From: Octopus bimaculoides
Lineage: Eukaryota
Direction: 5' to 3'
Length of the DNA stretch: 36,185 nt
NCBI RefSeq assembly: GCF_001194135.2
Contig: NC_068986.1
Span: 65,309,751 to 65,345,935 of the forward strand
The notes under the pieces were generated by a model. It was not told the origin of the DNA and did not search any database. It was given only the letters and a program-made list of their open reading frames with translations. Positions 1-11,079 of the stretch are shown in pieces (positions within the stretch are counted from its first letter, which is position 1; each line of letters begins with the position of its first letter). A program made the position numbers and the translations under genes.

Positions 1-118
1 TATATATATATATATATATGTATATATAAATATATTTATATATATTTATATATATTTAAATATACTTGTGTGTGAGTTTGTGTGTGTGCACGCGCGCGTG
101 TGTGTATACGTATATATT
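1..118. repeat. (TA)n/(TG)n microsatellite
   Basis: Direct: TA run grading into a TG/CG run. Confidence 0.95.
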
Positions 119-139
119 TGTGCGTATGGGTGTGCTACT

Positions 140-240
140 TATTGTATCGGATTCTTTGCCGAACCACTGGATCGCAGGGCTGTAAACAAGCAGAACAAAC
201 ACCGATTGTCAAGCGGTGTGGGTACAACAGACACACATAC
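140..240 (-). mobile_element. tRNA-derived SINE family A, body fragment
   Basis: gccgaaccactg...gtaaac...accgattgtcaagcg...acagacacac matches the copies at 6301-6470, 30381-30545 and 35771-35940 in this window. Confidence 0.75.
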
Positions 241-444
241 ATCCCTCACTATACACATACACACGCGCACATACATATATGCATATGAGTACGCCACATA
301 CCTAAATGCTTACTTACATGCATCAAGTTCTAAATGCGAATTTGTCTGTGTTAGCTACATCCCAAAGATGGAGGCTTGTATCTTAGTTGGAAATCGACTT
401 CCTCCTCTGTGGAAAATTTATAATAATTGAAAAATAGAAGAGAC

Positions 445-711
445 GTACATATATGCATATAGATAATTATGACAGAAAGATATATATATATATGTGTATA
501 TGTATATATGTATATGTATATATGTATATGTATATATATGTATATACATATATATACATATACATATATACATATATACACATATACACATATATATACA
601 TATACATGTATATATCTATATGTATATATGTGTGTGCATGTATATGTATATACGTGTGCATGAGTGTATGTGTGTGTGTATGTGTGTGTGCGTGTGTGTG
701 TGTGTGTGTGT
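445..711. repeat. Compound (TA)/(TATG)/(TG) microsatellite
   Basis: Direct. It lies between the body and head of SINE family A. Confidence 0.95.
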
Positions 712-867
712 ATAGGACGGGTTTTTGCACAATTTTTTTCAACCAGATACACTCAGAAAACATCGCTCCTATAGAAGTGACTTGCGCAAAGAGCCGTGCA
801 GCGTGACTGAACCCAAAACCACGTTGTTGAGAAGCGAAATACGTACCCACACAACCATACCTGCACC
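712..867 (-). mobile_element. SINE family A, tRNA-like head plus central domain
   Basis: Reverse complement GGTGCAGGTATGGTTGTGTGG...GGGTTCAGTCAC...GCAAGTCACTTCTATAG has A-box-like and B-box-like motifs. Homologous to 35948-36114. Confidence 0.75.
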
Positions 868-1110
868 TAGACTTGCACACACATACACGCATGCATAAAT
901 ACATAGATACATGCTTACATACATTCATACATAGATACATGTATGCATACATACATACATACACACATGCATACATGTAACCATGTAGATAATTATTTTT
1001 TATGAGTAACTTGCTTTTCATATGCATCACCCCAGTCACACATCCTATGCTTGTTGTGACATCATTGTCACTTCCTATCATTTACATATTCTTTCTTTAT
1101 ACTATTGTAT

Positions 1111-1112
<2 letters not shown>

Positions 1113-1202
<90 letters not shown>
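1113..1202. repeat. (GT)n microsatellite
   Basis: Direct: uninterrupted GT run. Confidence 0.98.
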
Positions 1203-1203
<1 letters not shown>

Positions 1204-1360
1204 GAGGGATGGGAGGCAAATGTGTCGCGCAGTTCATCAGTTCATCTCAATCCATTCACTATTAGCACATGACGTTAGTTCCTTAGTTCATGCCACCTCC
1301 GCCATTCATTAAGGTCGCATAATCAAACACACGCTGTAGCAAAGACAATGCAATTAATCG

Positions 1361-1399
1361 CTACTACTACTGCTACTGCTGCTGCCACTGCTGCTGTTG

Positions 1400-1443
<44 letters not shown>
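1361..1443. repeat. (CTA/CTG)n trinucleotide repeat
   Basis: Direct. Confidence 0.95.
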
Positions 1444-1444
<1 letters not shown>

Positions 1445-1539
1445 AAAATAAGACTTGATGAAATATCGTATACTCACTGAGCATGAAATAGTATTTATCC
1501 TCAGCCCTTTTGTTGATATACATCACTGTATTTCAAACA

Positions 1540-1850
1540 TAGAGACAAACACATATATGGATGCGTGTGTGCACCTTGTATCTATACTCATATATATATA
1601 TATATCCATATATATACATGTGTGTGTGTGTGAGTGCATCTGTATACAGGCATATTATATGTAAATATACGTACATGCATACACACTCACATTCATACAT
1701 ACATGCAATCACACACACACACGCTCACACACACACACACACACTCACACACACACACACACGCTCACATACACACACACACACACGCGCGCGTATGTAT
1801 ATATAAATATAGATGTGTATGTGTATATATTTGCATGCACACATACCTGT
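1540..1850. repeat. Compound (TA)/(TG)/(CA) microsatellite
   Basis: Direct. Confidence 0.9.
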
Positions 1851-1869
1851 ATATTTAATGTTATGGATA

Positions 1870-2490
1870 TACGAGGTCTGGTCAATAAGTATCCGGACTG
1901 TTGCCATAGTAACGAAGCCAAAGTACGCATAGTGAAGCCGCTCGGCACAGATTGACCTTGGATTCTGTTGTGCATGTGCACAAATTTTTATCGTTCTATC
2001 TCACTTCCGCTGTTCATTGAAGTGCTTGGAAGGAAGGTGTGTAGCGTGTGATCGTCGCATTGACCATGACAGAGAAAGTTGTCATGATACCTGCTCAGAG
2101 GCCTGCGCAAAATTGCAGAAAATGTATAGACAGGAGTGTATGAGCCATGCACAAGTGAACGAGTGATTCAGGCGTTTCCAAGATGGCCAGAAACATGTCG
2201 ATACTGACGAACGTTGTGGGAGACCTGCAACCAGTAGAACTAAGTAAAGCTTCGCATATGGCCGTGCAGCTGTGAGGGGAAATCGTCAAATCAACATCCG
2301 TGAGTTACCATGAGATGTGCAGATTAGTTACAACCCAGTTCAGTCCATTATCACTGAGGATTTGGGTATGAGTGCCAAAACTGCTTTCCGCTGACTAAAA
2401 AGACACTCGGGTTTCAGTTGCACAATATCTCCTTGATTGTGTCGAGAGCGCTGAAAAATTTTTGAATACTTTGCGTAGGCCTCTGAGCAT
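1870..2490 (+). mobile_element. Mariner transposon, decayed 5' half
   Basis: TA followed by TIR CGAGGTCTGGTCAATAAGTATCCGGAC at 1870-1898. ATG at 2066 (MTEKV). Remnants KLQKMYRQECMSHAQVNE*FRRFQDGQKHVDTDERCGRPATSR and VRGNRQINIREL..VQISYNPVQSIITEDLGM match the mariner HTH domains. Truncated before the catalytic domain. Confidence 0.9.
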
Positions 2491-2513
2491 GTATGCATAT
2501 TTATATATACAAG

Positions 2514-2516
<3 letters not shown>

Positions 2517-2575
<59 letters not shown>

Positions 2576-2585
2576 CATGCACACA
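2517..2585. repeat. (CA)n microsatellite
   Basis: Direct. Confidence 0.97.
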
Positions 2586-2619
2586 TATATGATGCATTGT
2601 CCAAAACCGAGTAATAATG

Positions 2620-3790
2620 TCCTGTCTGAATTCCTACAAGGCTGACTGGAAGTCAAGTGAGAAGCGACTTATCCAGCAAAATTGGCTTAAAGGTCTCTTT
2701 ATGCTGGACATTAATATGAAACTTAAAGAATTCATGTCAATAATACGAGAAACATACATCAAGTTTGTCCCAAAGTAGAGAGCGTCTGTATATAAAAACA
2801 TAACTTCTCGAGACAGGAGTTGAACGTGAGATGACATGTCACACACTGCGTGAACTTGGTATTGCTGGGTAACAGGGTGAGTGGCTGCATGACTTTCTAA
2901 AAGACAGAAATCAGACAGTTGCAGTCAATAGTGCTCTCTCTGGAGAGACATTTATCCTCAGCTCTCACAGAATGCTCTTAACCATGTAGTCTCTGTGGTG
3001 GCTCTCATAGAATGCTCTTAACCATGTAGTCAGCCACTCTTACTAGTTACGCGGTATCACAGTCGGTCAAGGGCCCTGATGACATATTAAGACTGCAAAA
3101 TGACCTGCATGCAATATACAAATGGGCTGATGAAAATAACATGCAGTTCAATACTGAGAAGTTTCAAGTACTCCACTATCGTCCCACAAACAGACTACAG
3201 TAGGAACACACAGAATCAGGGGTAGTACAATTTCAGAGTCAGGGTCGGTGCGTGACCTCTGAATCCATATGAGTAATGACGCATCGTCCCATGTACATAT
3301 CTCCAAGATGGCAACACTGTTCAGGCGAGCAATTAGATGGATTCCGTGATCATTAAAACCATAAAAAGGATACCATACTATTCCTATGGAGAGCTTTCGC
3401 TCTCAGTCTTCTGGATTACTGCTCCCTACTGTGATCACGGCAGAGCATCAAACTTGAGGAAATTCAGCGTCACTACACGAAGAAGAATGACTCGGTGAAA
3501 CAGATGAGCTACCGGGAGAGGTTAAAAGCACTGAAGCTCTACTCCCTAGAGAGAAGACGTGAATGATATGTAGTGATATACATATGGAAGATCCTTGAAA
3601 GATCTAGCTCCCAACTTTGTAACTGAAAGCTATTCCAAGCACCGAGCTGGACGGCACCGCATAATACCAAAGATCCCGTTTTCTCCACCTCGAATAAGAC
3701 CCAGTACAGTAATAGCTCGGCTTTCAGGGAACTACACTTATTTAACATTCTGCCAAACAATCTACAAGATTGAGACTCTCTCCCTTATCC
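2620..3790 (+). mobile_element. CR1/L2-type LINE ORF2 fragment (RT and C-terminus), pseudogenised
   Basis: Remnants YKADWK, GEWLHDFLKDRNQTVAVN, LQNDLHAIYKWADENNMQFNTEKFQVLHY, LLDYCSLL*S and LEEIQRHYTK..MSYRERLKALKLYSLERRRE*Y. Multiple stops and deletions. Confidence 0.9.
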
Positions 3791-3973
3791 GTTTCTCCTT
3801 AACTTCTTGTGTCCACAAAGGGGATGGGTAAGGGGAAATGGATTTGACGACGCGACGAATCCTCTTGAACTTCACACCTCCGTGTTAAAATGGATGAATA
3901 TAGAAGATAACAGCATCAACCATGTTTGACATATTATTCATAACTACTTATGATTTTCTGACAGGTCACTAAC

Positions 3974-4094
3974 CTGACACTAGACGCTATCAATGCTGCC
4001 ATCCTAAGCGTCAAACCATTACATCTAATAATGACGTAACGGAGTTCGTTCGTATCTACATTGTCCACTTTAATTGCATTGCTATTCTTGACAT
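3974..4094 (-). CDS. Candidate internal exon of an unknown gene (DVKNSNAIKVDNVDTNELRYVIIRCNGLTLRMAALIASSVR)
   Basis: Acceptor tttctatcAG and donor AG/GTTAGT, with one open frame. No homology recognised. Confidence 0.2.
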
Positions 4095-4302
4095 CTGATA
4101 GAAATACTCGCTGATTCAATCACAACCTGAAGTATGATGATGATAATATTTGTATTTATATACGTAGAGCAACTGTTTAAGTAACGGTTTCCACTCCCAT
4201 GTGAAATGAGCTCCACTGACGCTACATAATCTTATCTTCTTAATGCGAGGTTTTGTTTTAAGCAAGAACATAATTGAAACATTGTTGTTAATAATATACA
4301 TT

Positions 4303-4350
4303 ATAGTGTAAGTTAAGTATAGTGAAAGTTAAGTATAGTGTAAGTTAAGT
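4303..4350. repeat. 16-bp tandem repeat x3 (ATAGTGTAAGTTAAGT)
   Basis: Units at 4303, 4319 (one mismatch) and 4335. Confidence 0.9.
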
Positions 4351-5254
4351 TATAAGTGTGTCTGTTCTCACCCTATATAATAGCGTTTTTCATTTCTGAC
4401 ATAGCACACGATAAAATTTTTTTATCACCATTACATGGCAAATGAAGTACGACATCAAAATTGAAGGGCGAGGGAACACATTTTTTTTTTTTACTGTTAT
4501 TCATGTAGTGACAACTATTAGAAAATAAAGAAAATGACAGACTGGGACACTGAAAGAAAAGAGTCTTTGTTAAAGACATAGCACGATATTGAGAGGATAA
4601 CTTTGTTCTATCTCATCTATAAGTCCTAAATCTTTAATAACCTTTAATATTATAAAGGTAACAAATTTAAAGAAACGCTTCTATAGATGAATTGTATGGT
4701 TTTCATTGTACACTTTAAGTTCAAATTCCAAGTTTTTAATTTCACTGGGATTGAATCAATATTTTTAAATGAAACAAAGGTAGTTTACAGAGAAAATTTA
4801 TTCTCAAAAGGAAAAAAAAAAAAAAACATAACTTATTTCGAAAACAAATTTTGATTAATTTTTTTTAGCAAACACTCTGCCATGCAAAATCCTAGGATAT
4901 TTGTAATGGAACCTGGAACTCACTTTCAGAAACGCTACTAAAAAAAATCATCTCTACTGAAACATAAATAAAATAAAATAAAAAATAATTAACGGAAAGC
5001 TTTGCTCCCAATTTTAGCTTACAAATAATTGTAAAATATCGTTCCGTTAAAATAATATGTAGATTGCATTCAGAAGTTCAATATATTTAGTACTAAAGTA
5101 TATAGTATTATAACGTGGGGACGTACTTTCAACAAAGTTACTAACATTTTGAAAAATATAATCCTCCGTCTCCCGGCTGGGCCATGGAGGCACTACTACT
5201 AATAAATTCACATTAATGCTTGAGTCAACGAGTGAATCTTTACGTGAATGTTGC

Positions 5255-5374
5255 TGTTACTGTTGTGGTTTAACCCCGGGCCAGTGAGCCTATAGCCAAA
5301 GGTATTTTAGTTCTGAATTCTCATGCAGGGGCGCCAGGACCACATTACCAAACATATCCTTTTCTAAGATGGTA
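5255..5374 (-). mobile_element. Short interspersed repeat family C (trinucleotide-tailed), copy
   Basis: tttaaccccgggccag..cctatagccaaaggtatt..ggaccacattaccaa..agatggtag is homologous to 26221-26420 and to the inverse copy at 5451-5650. Strand is assigned by assuming the (CAA)n-like run is the 3' tail. Confidence 0.6.
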
Positions 5375-5450
5375 GATTCAGATCTGAATCAAGTATAGCC
5401 GAATCAAGTCTAGTAGAGTGACCATAAAGGTTCCTAGGCTGGAACCTTTA

Positions 5451-5650
5451 TATGATCGCCCAATCCGCTAGAAATAGCCAGTAAATCCTTCTCAAATCAC
5501 CATTTACTGCATTAGAATTAAAGTTATGCATTGGCTAATGTAGTTTTAAATTCACAATGCATAAGAAAGGGATTGTCATAGCTAGACTTCTTTGGTTATA
5601 GGTACACTCATTCAGAGCTGACCTAAAGCTAAACAACGACAACAATAAAC
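5451..5650 (+). mobile_element. Short interspersed repeat family C, inverted copy ending in an AACAACGACAAC tail
   Basis: Its reverse complement aligns by eye to 26221-26420 (ttagc..aggtcagc..cctat..aaag..actacatta.ccaat..gatttgag..gattt..gctatttctagc). Confidence 0.65.
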
Positions 5651-6300
5651 ATATTCATTTAATAAGACTGATGTAACATAATTTGTTGAGGCTATTTGTC
5701 AACTCATAATTATGAAACCCGATGGAAAATATCATCTGGGAGGACTACAATGCCCCGTCCCGTAAAAAATTATTGAAAGGAAAATAGAGTCTGAGACGAG
5801 ATGATATTAACAGAGTACAGACAGACAAACTATGGAATTCATCATGTCTTCGACTAGTTGAATGATAACAAATGAAATAATATTGAATGAAAAAATAAAT
5901 ATGAATGAATCAGCTAAAGATAGCATAGAACGGGCAGTCTCATAGCGTCTCGAACAAGAAGGGGAAATCAGTCAGTTTTACGCAATATCGTTCAAACTGT
6001 CACAGAATCATTCATTACAACATGCCAAGTGCCAGAGTCTTTTGTAAAGGATAAACCATATAAATTTCTGTCCAGCCAAGAAAAACCGGGTCGATAACTT
6101 ACAATAGAAAAGAAAACTATATATCAATGTTTTTTTTTTTCGTGTAACTTCAGGAACGCTTACGAAAACTCATACATATACACATTCACGGGCATACATG
6201 CATTAAGGAGCATACACACACAAACAGGCATCAACGGGGACACACACGCGTACACACATTCATATATTAATACATATAATATGTAACACACACATATTCT

Positions 6301-6470
6301 TTTATTCTTTTCAGTCATTTGACTGCGGCTATGCTGGAGCCTTTAGTCGAGCAAATCGACACCAAGACTTATTCTGTCAGTGTCTTTTGCTGAACCGCTA
6401 ACTTGCGGGGACGTAAACACACCAGCGTCGGTTGTGAAGCGATGCTGGGGGGACAAACACAGACACACAA
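6301..6470 (-). mobile_element. SINE family A, 3' body
   Basis: tcagtcatttgactgcggctatgctggagc..tttagtcgagcaaatcgac..gaaccgctaac..ggggacgtaaacacaccagcgtcggttg, shared with other copies. Confidence 0.85.
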
Positions 6471-6688
6471 ACATATACATATACATATATATATATATAT
6501 GTATGTATGTATGTATGTATATGATTGTGTGTCTGTCTATATATATTTATATATATATATATATATANNNNNNNNNNNNNNNNNNNNNNNNNNNNTCTAT
6601 ACATACATATATTATATATATAACATATAAATGTAATATATGCATGTATGTATATATTGTATGCATAACATCTGTCTGTCTATCTATC

Positions 6689-6739
<51 letters not shown>

Positions 6740-6774
6740 GAGGCGTCGGAATGGCAGATGTGTTTGAAAGTCGA

Positions 6775-6875
6775 GTAAAATATCTTCTATTCTGTCTCAG
6801 CCCATTGTGCTCCGATTTCAAATCCTCCCAAAATGAATTCTGTCTTTCATGTTTCTGAAATCTATAAACAAGTTA
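6775..6875 (+). mobile_element. SINE family B, highly degenerate copy
   Basis: ccgatttcaaatcctcc..gtctttcatgtttctgaaatctataaacaagttacc resembles 7125-7200. Confidence 0.45.
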
Positions 6876-7094
6876 CCAATCCAGAGTGGTGGTCGCCGGA
6901 AATGTTAGAACTTCGGACGTGATGCCTTCTTCCGTATGTTTAACCTTTTTGTGTGCGGGGTGACACAGGCACCGATTTGTGTTTCTCTTGAACAACAATG
7001 GTGACGTGGGATTATGGGGTGATTGTAATAGATATAAGAAATCATATTGCAAAACCTTATATAAAAATAAATGAAATTGCTCAAGTCTACACCT

Positions 7095-7275
7095 TGAAAT
7101 GCTTAGTGGCTTTATGTTCAAACTTTACGTTCTGAGTTTAATTTCCGACGAGGCCAACTTTTCTTTTATTCTTTCGGGGTCGATGAAATAAGTACCAGCT
7201 GAACACTGGGATCGATGTAATCGAATTAACCCCCTTACTCGAACTTGCTGGTCTTGTTCCAGAATTTGAAACCAA
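7095..7275 (+). mobile_element. tRNA-derived SINE family B
   Basis: ttacgttctgagtttaatttccgacgagg..ctttcggggtcgatgaaataagtaccag..ctgggatcgatgtaatcga..cttgctggtcttg. Same family as 8585-8715 and 10405-10568. Confidence 0.85.
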
Positions 7276-7504
7276 TGTTTTAGTTATGTAATTAGTTACA
7301 CGAACGAATTAAGAACAGTAGACTGTAATCTTTGTGGAATGCTGACAATTGTTTGCTATGTGTGGTGATGGTGGCATTGCCAATGTATTAACGCAGAAAA
7401 TAACGAGTTTCATTATATCATTTATGATATTTAGTTGTCATGTGTGTTATCTTTCGGTATGGATAGTGCAGGTATCAGTTAGATGATATTGATATTTTCA
7501 TAGC

Positions 7505-7623
7505 CTAACAAAGTCTAATAAAAGTAACTCCTAGAATGCAACGAATCTCTACAAGGGGCACCAATCTGTAGTAAGAACATTTCAAGAAACGTTTCTTGCA
7601 ATAGATTGTTGTTAATATTACTC
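7505..7623 (-). CDS. Candidate terminal exon (G)VILTTIYCKKRFLKCSYYRLVPLVEIRCILGVTFIRLC*
   Basis: Good acceptor (tttcattttcAG). The phase-1 frame is open to TAG. A hydrophobic start followed by KKR resembles a TM end with a stop-transfer signal. No homology recognised. Confidence 0.2.
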
Positions 7624-7774
7624 CTGAAAATGAAATTTAACGAAGCACTTCGCGTGAATTTAAAGATAGCTTCATAATACAACGCATTATACACTCAACT
7701 ATTTCACACGGATAACGTGTTCTCAACACCTTGGGTATTTCAGACCTAGAAGAGACCTTCCTTTTTCAGTTTAA

Positions 7775-7835
7775 CCACAGCTTTAAGCAGGCCTATTGTC
7801 AAAGATATTTCAGGAGTGACCATAACGTGTTATAT
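7775..7835 (-). mobile_element. Repeat family C fragment
   Basis: gcaggcctattgtcaaagatatttcaggagtgaccat matches the family core. Confidence 0.45.
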
Positions 7836-8584
7836 TCAGATAATATATCTAAGTGTGCTCAGTAGGTTGTGGTTTGATGGTGTTGTTCTTGTCTGTTTGA
7901 GAGCGCTGTGTCCATGGAAGCCCCTCTGTTGGAGTGAGTAAGATTTGACTTAACCCTGTTACCCCAACTTGCTGGTCTTGTTTCTAGTTACTCAGCAGAA
8001 AATAGGTAGCAAAAGAAAGAAAATGATTAAAAATGATTAAACAGAATGAGGTATAGAACGGAGGCAAATCGGTGTATCACTGAGAATGTAACTTTGCTGC
8101 AAGTAACTTTGACTCATTAAGCATTGTACGAACTTGATTAGTGTCTACAGCCCTAGAACTAAACGTGTGGCTTAACTTATACTAAGCCTTCTTCTAAAGA
8201 GAAAATGGTATTTGGTGTTAATCTATATTTCTCTCTCAAACGGTACATTATAAGTTGAAATAGAATTTTGCATTTACTATTTTGGATGAAGTCTTAGCAA
8301 GATCATCATACTGCCATACACAACGATAAATTCTATCTTTTAGTTATAAATTTTAATTTTCATTCTATTTATAACTGTTAAATTGATTTTATTTTTACTG
8401 AATGAGATACAATTCCATGTATTGAACTGTATTTAGCTTGAGAAAATAAGCTTAATGGTATTGCTTATTTATATATATTTTTGGTTTAACTGGATGTAAT
8501 TTCCCTTTTTTATATGAGAAGGAACATGGCAAATTGAATTTACGTTTGTAAATTGCTAGACATCAAGTTTGCTTTGTGATAAGA

Positions 8585-8715
8585 GTGTCAGACAAAATGC
8601 GCCGCAGCATTCTCTCAGGCTGTTTGCGCTCTGAGTTTAAATCCCGCCGAGGAGAGTTTGACTTTCATTATATCGGGGTCGATAAAAAAAAGTAGTAGTC
8701 GAGTGCTTGGGATGA
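8585..8715 (+). mobile_element. SINE family B copy followed by a (CT)n run
   Basis: acaaaatgcgccgcagcatt..ctctgagtttaaatcccgccgagg..ttgactttcat..cggggtcgataaaa. The (CT)n run spans about 8720-8812. Confidence 0.8.
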
Positions 8716-9609
8716 TTCTACTCTCTCTCTCTCCTTCTCTCTTTCTCTCTCTCTCTCTCTCGCTTTATTTCTCTCTCTCATTCTCACTCTCTCTTTTTCT
8801 CTCTCTCTCTCACACACACACTTGATCACTCTCAATATAAATATGTATATAGAAGCGATCAAGGCTGATCTCAGCTTACTAACACAACAAATTAAACCTA
8901 ACTCTTATCTAGTTGTCTTGGTCCCTCTGTTTTATTTACAGTGAAGTTAACCTTCTACACTTTAAATTTACAGGCTACAGCGTGAAGGCAAGCTATAATA
9001 ATAGTGCAATACATATTGACATATTTTTTTAGGGGGAACACATGCATATGTTTGACTGAACACTCTCCCGTCTACTTTGTAATACCTTATAATTCGACTT
9101 CGAAGGAAAATGAGATCGTTATACAACAAGAAATTGAAATTTATTTTTATGATTAGTCTATGATGCGACTCTCTATCAGCCCATTATATATATGACATTG
9201 TAAGATATTTAGCTAAATTCAAGGAAATGACAGATCACTAATCAAAGACATTATATGAGCCTTGAAGGAATCAAGCATCGCAAATAACTGCCGCACTTGA
9301 ACTTAATTTAAAAGTTAAATAATTGGATCGATCATCTGAAGTAGTAGTACTTTGAACTATATGAAGAGGTGTATGCATAAACACACGCAAACGACACTCA
9401 GTTCTAGTGGTTGATATAACTTCTTGTTCAAAAATTAGGCGACAAAGCCTCTTGTGTCTTCCTTATATATTATTGCATCTTTCACCGCTTTGCTTTAGGG
9501 AAAGGTCCGTTCTTTTAGCTTTTCTCAGTGGTTCATCTGTTGCACTGTGGTAGTCTTCTTGATGAAATAACATCGTGATGCTTTGAGCTCCGGTGTTAGT
9601 TTGGCGCTA

Positions 9610-10900
9610 TACGGTGACCATAATTAGAGTTATAGTTCAAGCGACGGCTAACAAATATACTCCACAAGACAAAAATGGTTTCCTTTTTTCTTCGCTCTGA
9701 GTGACCTCAGAAAATATAAGTGCCAGTCGCCTGCACATTGCTGCCTACACAGGGCTGCATAATTATTCATGTAAATTTCCAAATCATGCATTGCTTGTGA
9801 CTCTGGCTTGCAAAACCACTCGTCCAGTATATTCTGATTGCAATCTGTTTGTGAGCTGAAAGCGAGTGCTTGAAAATTTTCAGCATTGAACTGCATGTTG
9901 TTTTCTTCAGCCCACTGGTATATTGCATTCAGACCTATCTATAGCTTTCGTTATCATCTTGGGTCTTGGCTGCCTGTGATACTTTATATCATTAACATAA
10001 CTAGTAAGAGTGACCAAATGTATAACTGAAGACGTGTCCAAGAGAGCTACCCCAAACAGAAATGGTTCCAGTATAATTCTTTGAGGGACTTCGCTAAGAA
10101 TTTGTTGAAGACTTTAGGGTAAATTTTGTTATATTTTCAACTGCGCAGTTTTCTTTACCTTTTGTTCTCACGAGAGTGTTTGAATTTATTTCCGATCTCC
10201 AAAAGTGCCTTATTTTAGTGGGACTCTTCACTGCCTCTAAGTTGTTTATTTGAGCAATTTGAGATCTCATAACGACTCTCCTACCTGTAGGAATAATGTT
10301 CTTGTGTGTACTGGATCTTCTCTCTGAAACAAATTCAATGCATATGGCTTGTATCATTGGTTTCAAATTTTGGCAGAAGGTCAGCAATTTCGAATGAGTG
10401 ACTAAGTCGATTACATTGACGCCAGTGATCAACTGGTACTTATCTTATCGACCCCGAACGATAAAAGGCAAGGTCAACCTCGGTGGAATTTGAACCTAGA
10501 ACGTAATGACGGTAAAACTGCTCTAAACATTTTGCTCGACGTGCTAACGAGTCCGTCAGCTCACCGCCCTATGGCGAGCTGGCGTTAATTCTTTACGTTT
10601 CATGTTATTGTCATGTAAAGAGGGACTTTCGAACCAATTTTGTTTCAAATCTTGTTGAACCTATTTCCAATCTGCTTTGTAGAAGTTCAACCGGGATGAG
10701 TTTGGGTACTAGTTTTGTCACATACAGCTTCGATTTGCTTTGGACAATATACTGTTAGTTCTCCTATGTTAACGGATTAGAAAATCGTTAACGTCAACTT
10801 CGGCTTGTGGGCGAATTCTATGCAATTAGTGAAGCAGTGAACCGATGTTGTTGCTCCTGATCGAGTGCAGTATTTATACATTGAACATCATTTTATACAT
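9610..10900 (-). mobile_element. CR1/L2-type LINE ORF2 fragment (endonuclease end to RT), interrupted by a SINE
   Basis: Minus-strand remnants LNFYKADWK (about 10660-10690), SEVPQRIILEPFLFGVAL..VTLTSYVNDIKVSQ and LNAIYQWAEENNMQFNAENFQAL. Same family as 2620-3790. Confidence 0.85.
10405..10568 (-). mobile_element. SINE family B, near full length, inserted in the CR1 fragment
   Basis: Reverse complement GGCGGTGAGCTGACGG..GTTAGCACGTCGAGCAAAATG..TTACGTTCTAGGTTCAAATTCCACCGAGG..CGGGGTCGATAAGATAAGTACCAG, with B-box GGTTCAAAT. Confidence 0.88.
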
Positions 10901-11079
10901 TCATATACATACACATACGACAGTTGTATAAAAATTTACATACATATATATATATATATATATAGATAAATAAATAAATAAATGGACTTATTTGTCCTTC
11001 TGGTTCTGACATCGGTGTACTTAGCAAAAATATGCTAGATAAATATATTCCCACCTTAGTTAAAAAAATTAAAGCTTAG

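Noticed and set aside
5735-5760. ACTACAATGCCCC next to TCTGGGA, resembling a ZNF143/Staf promoter motif
   Set aside because: Imperfect single motif with no CpG island or gene start nearby.
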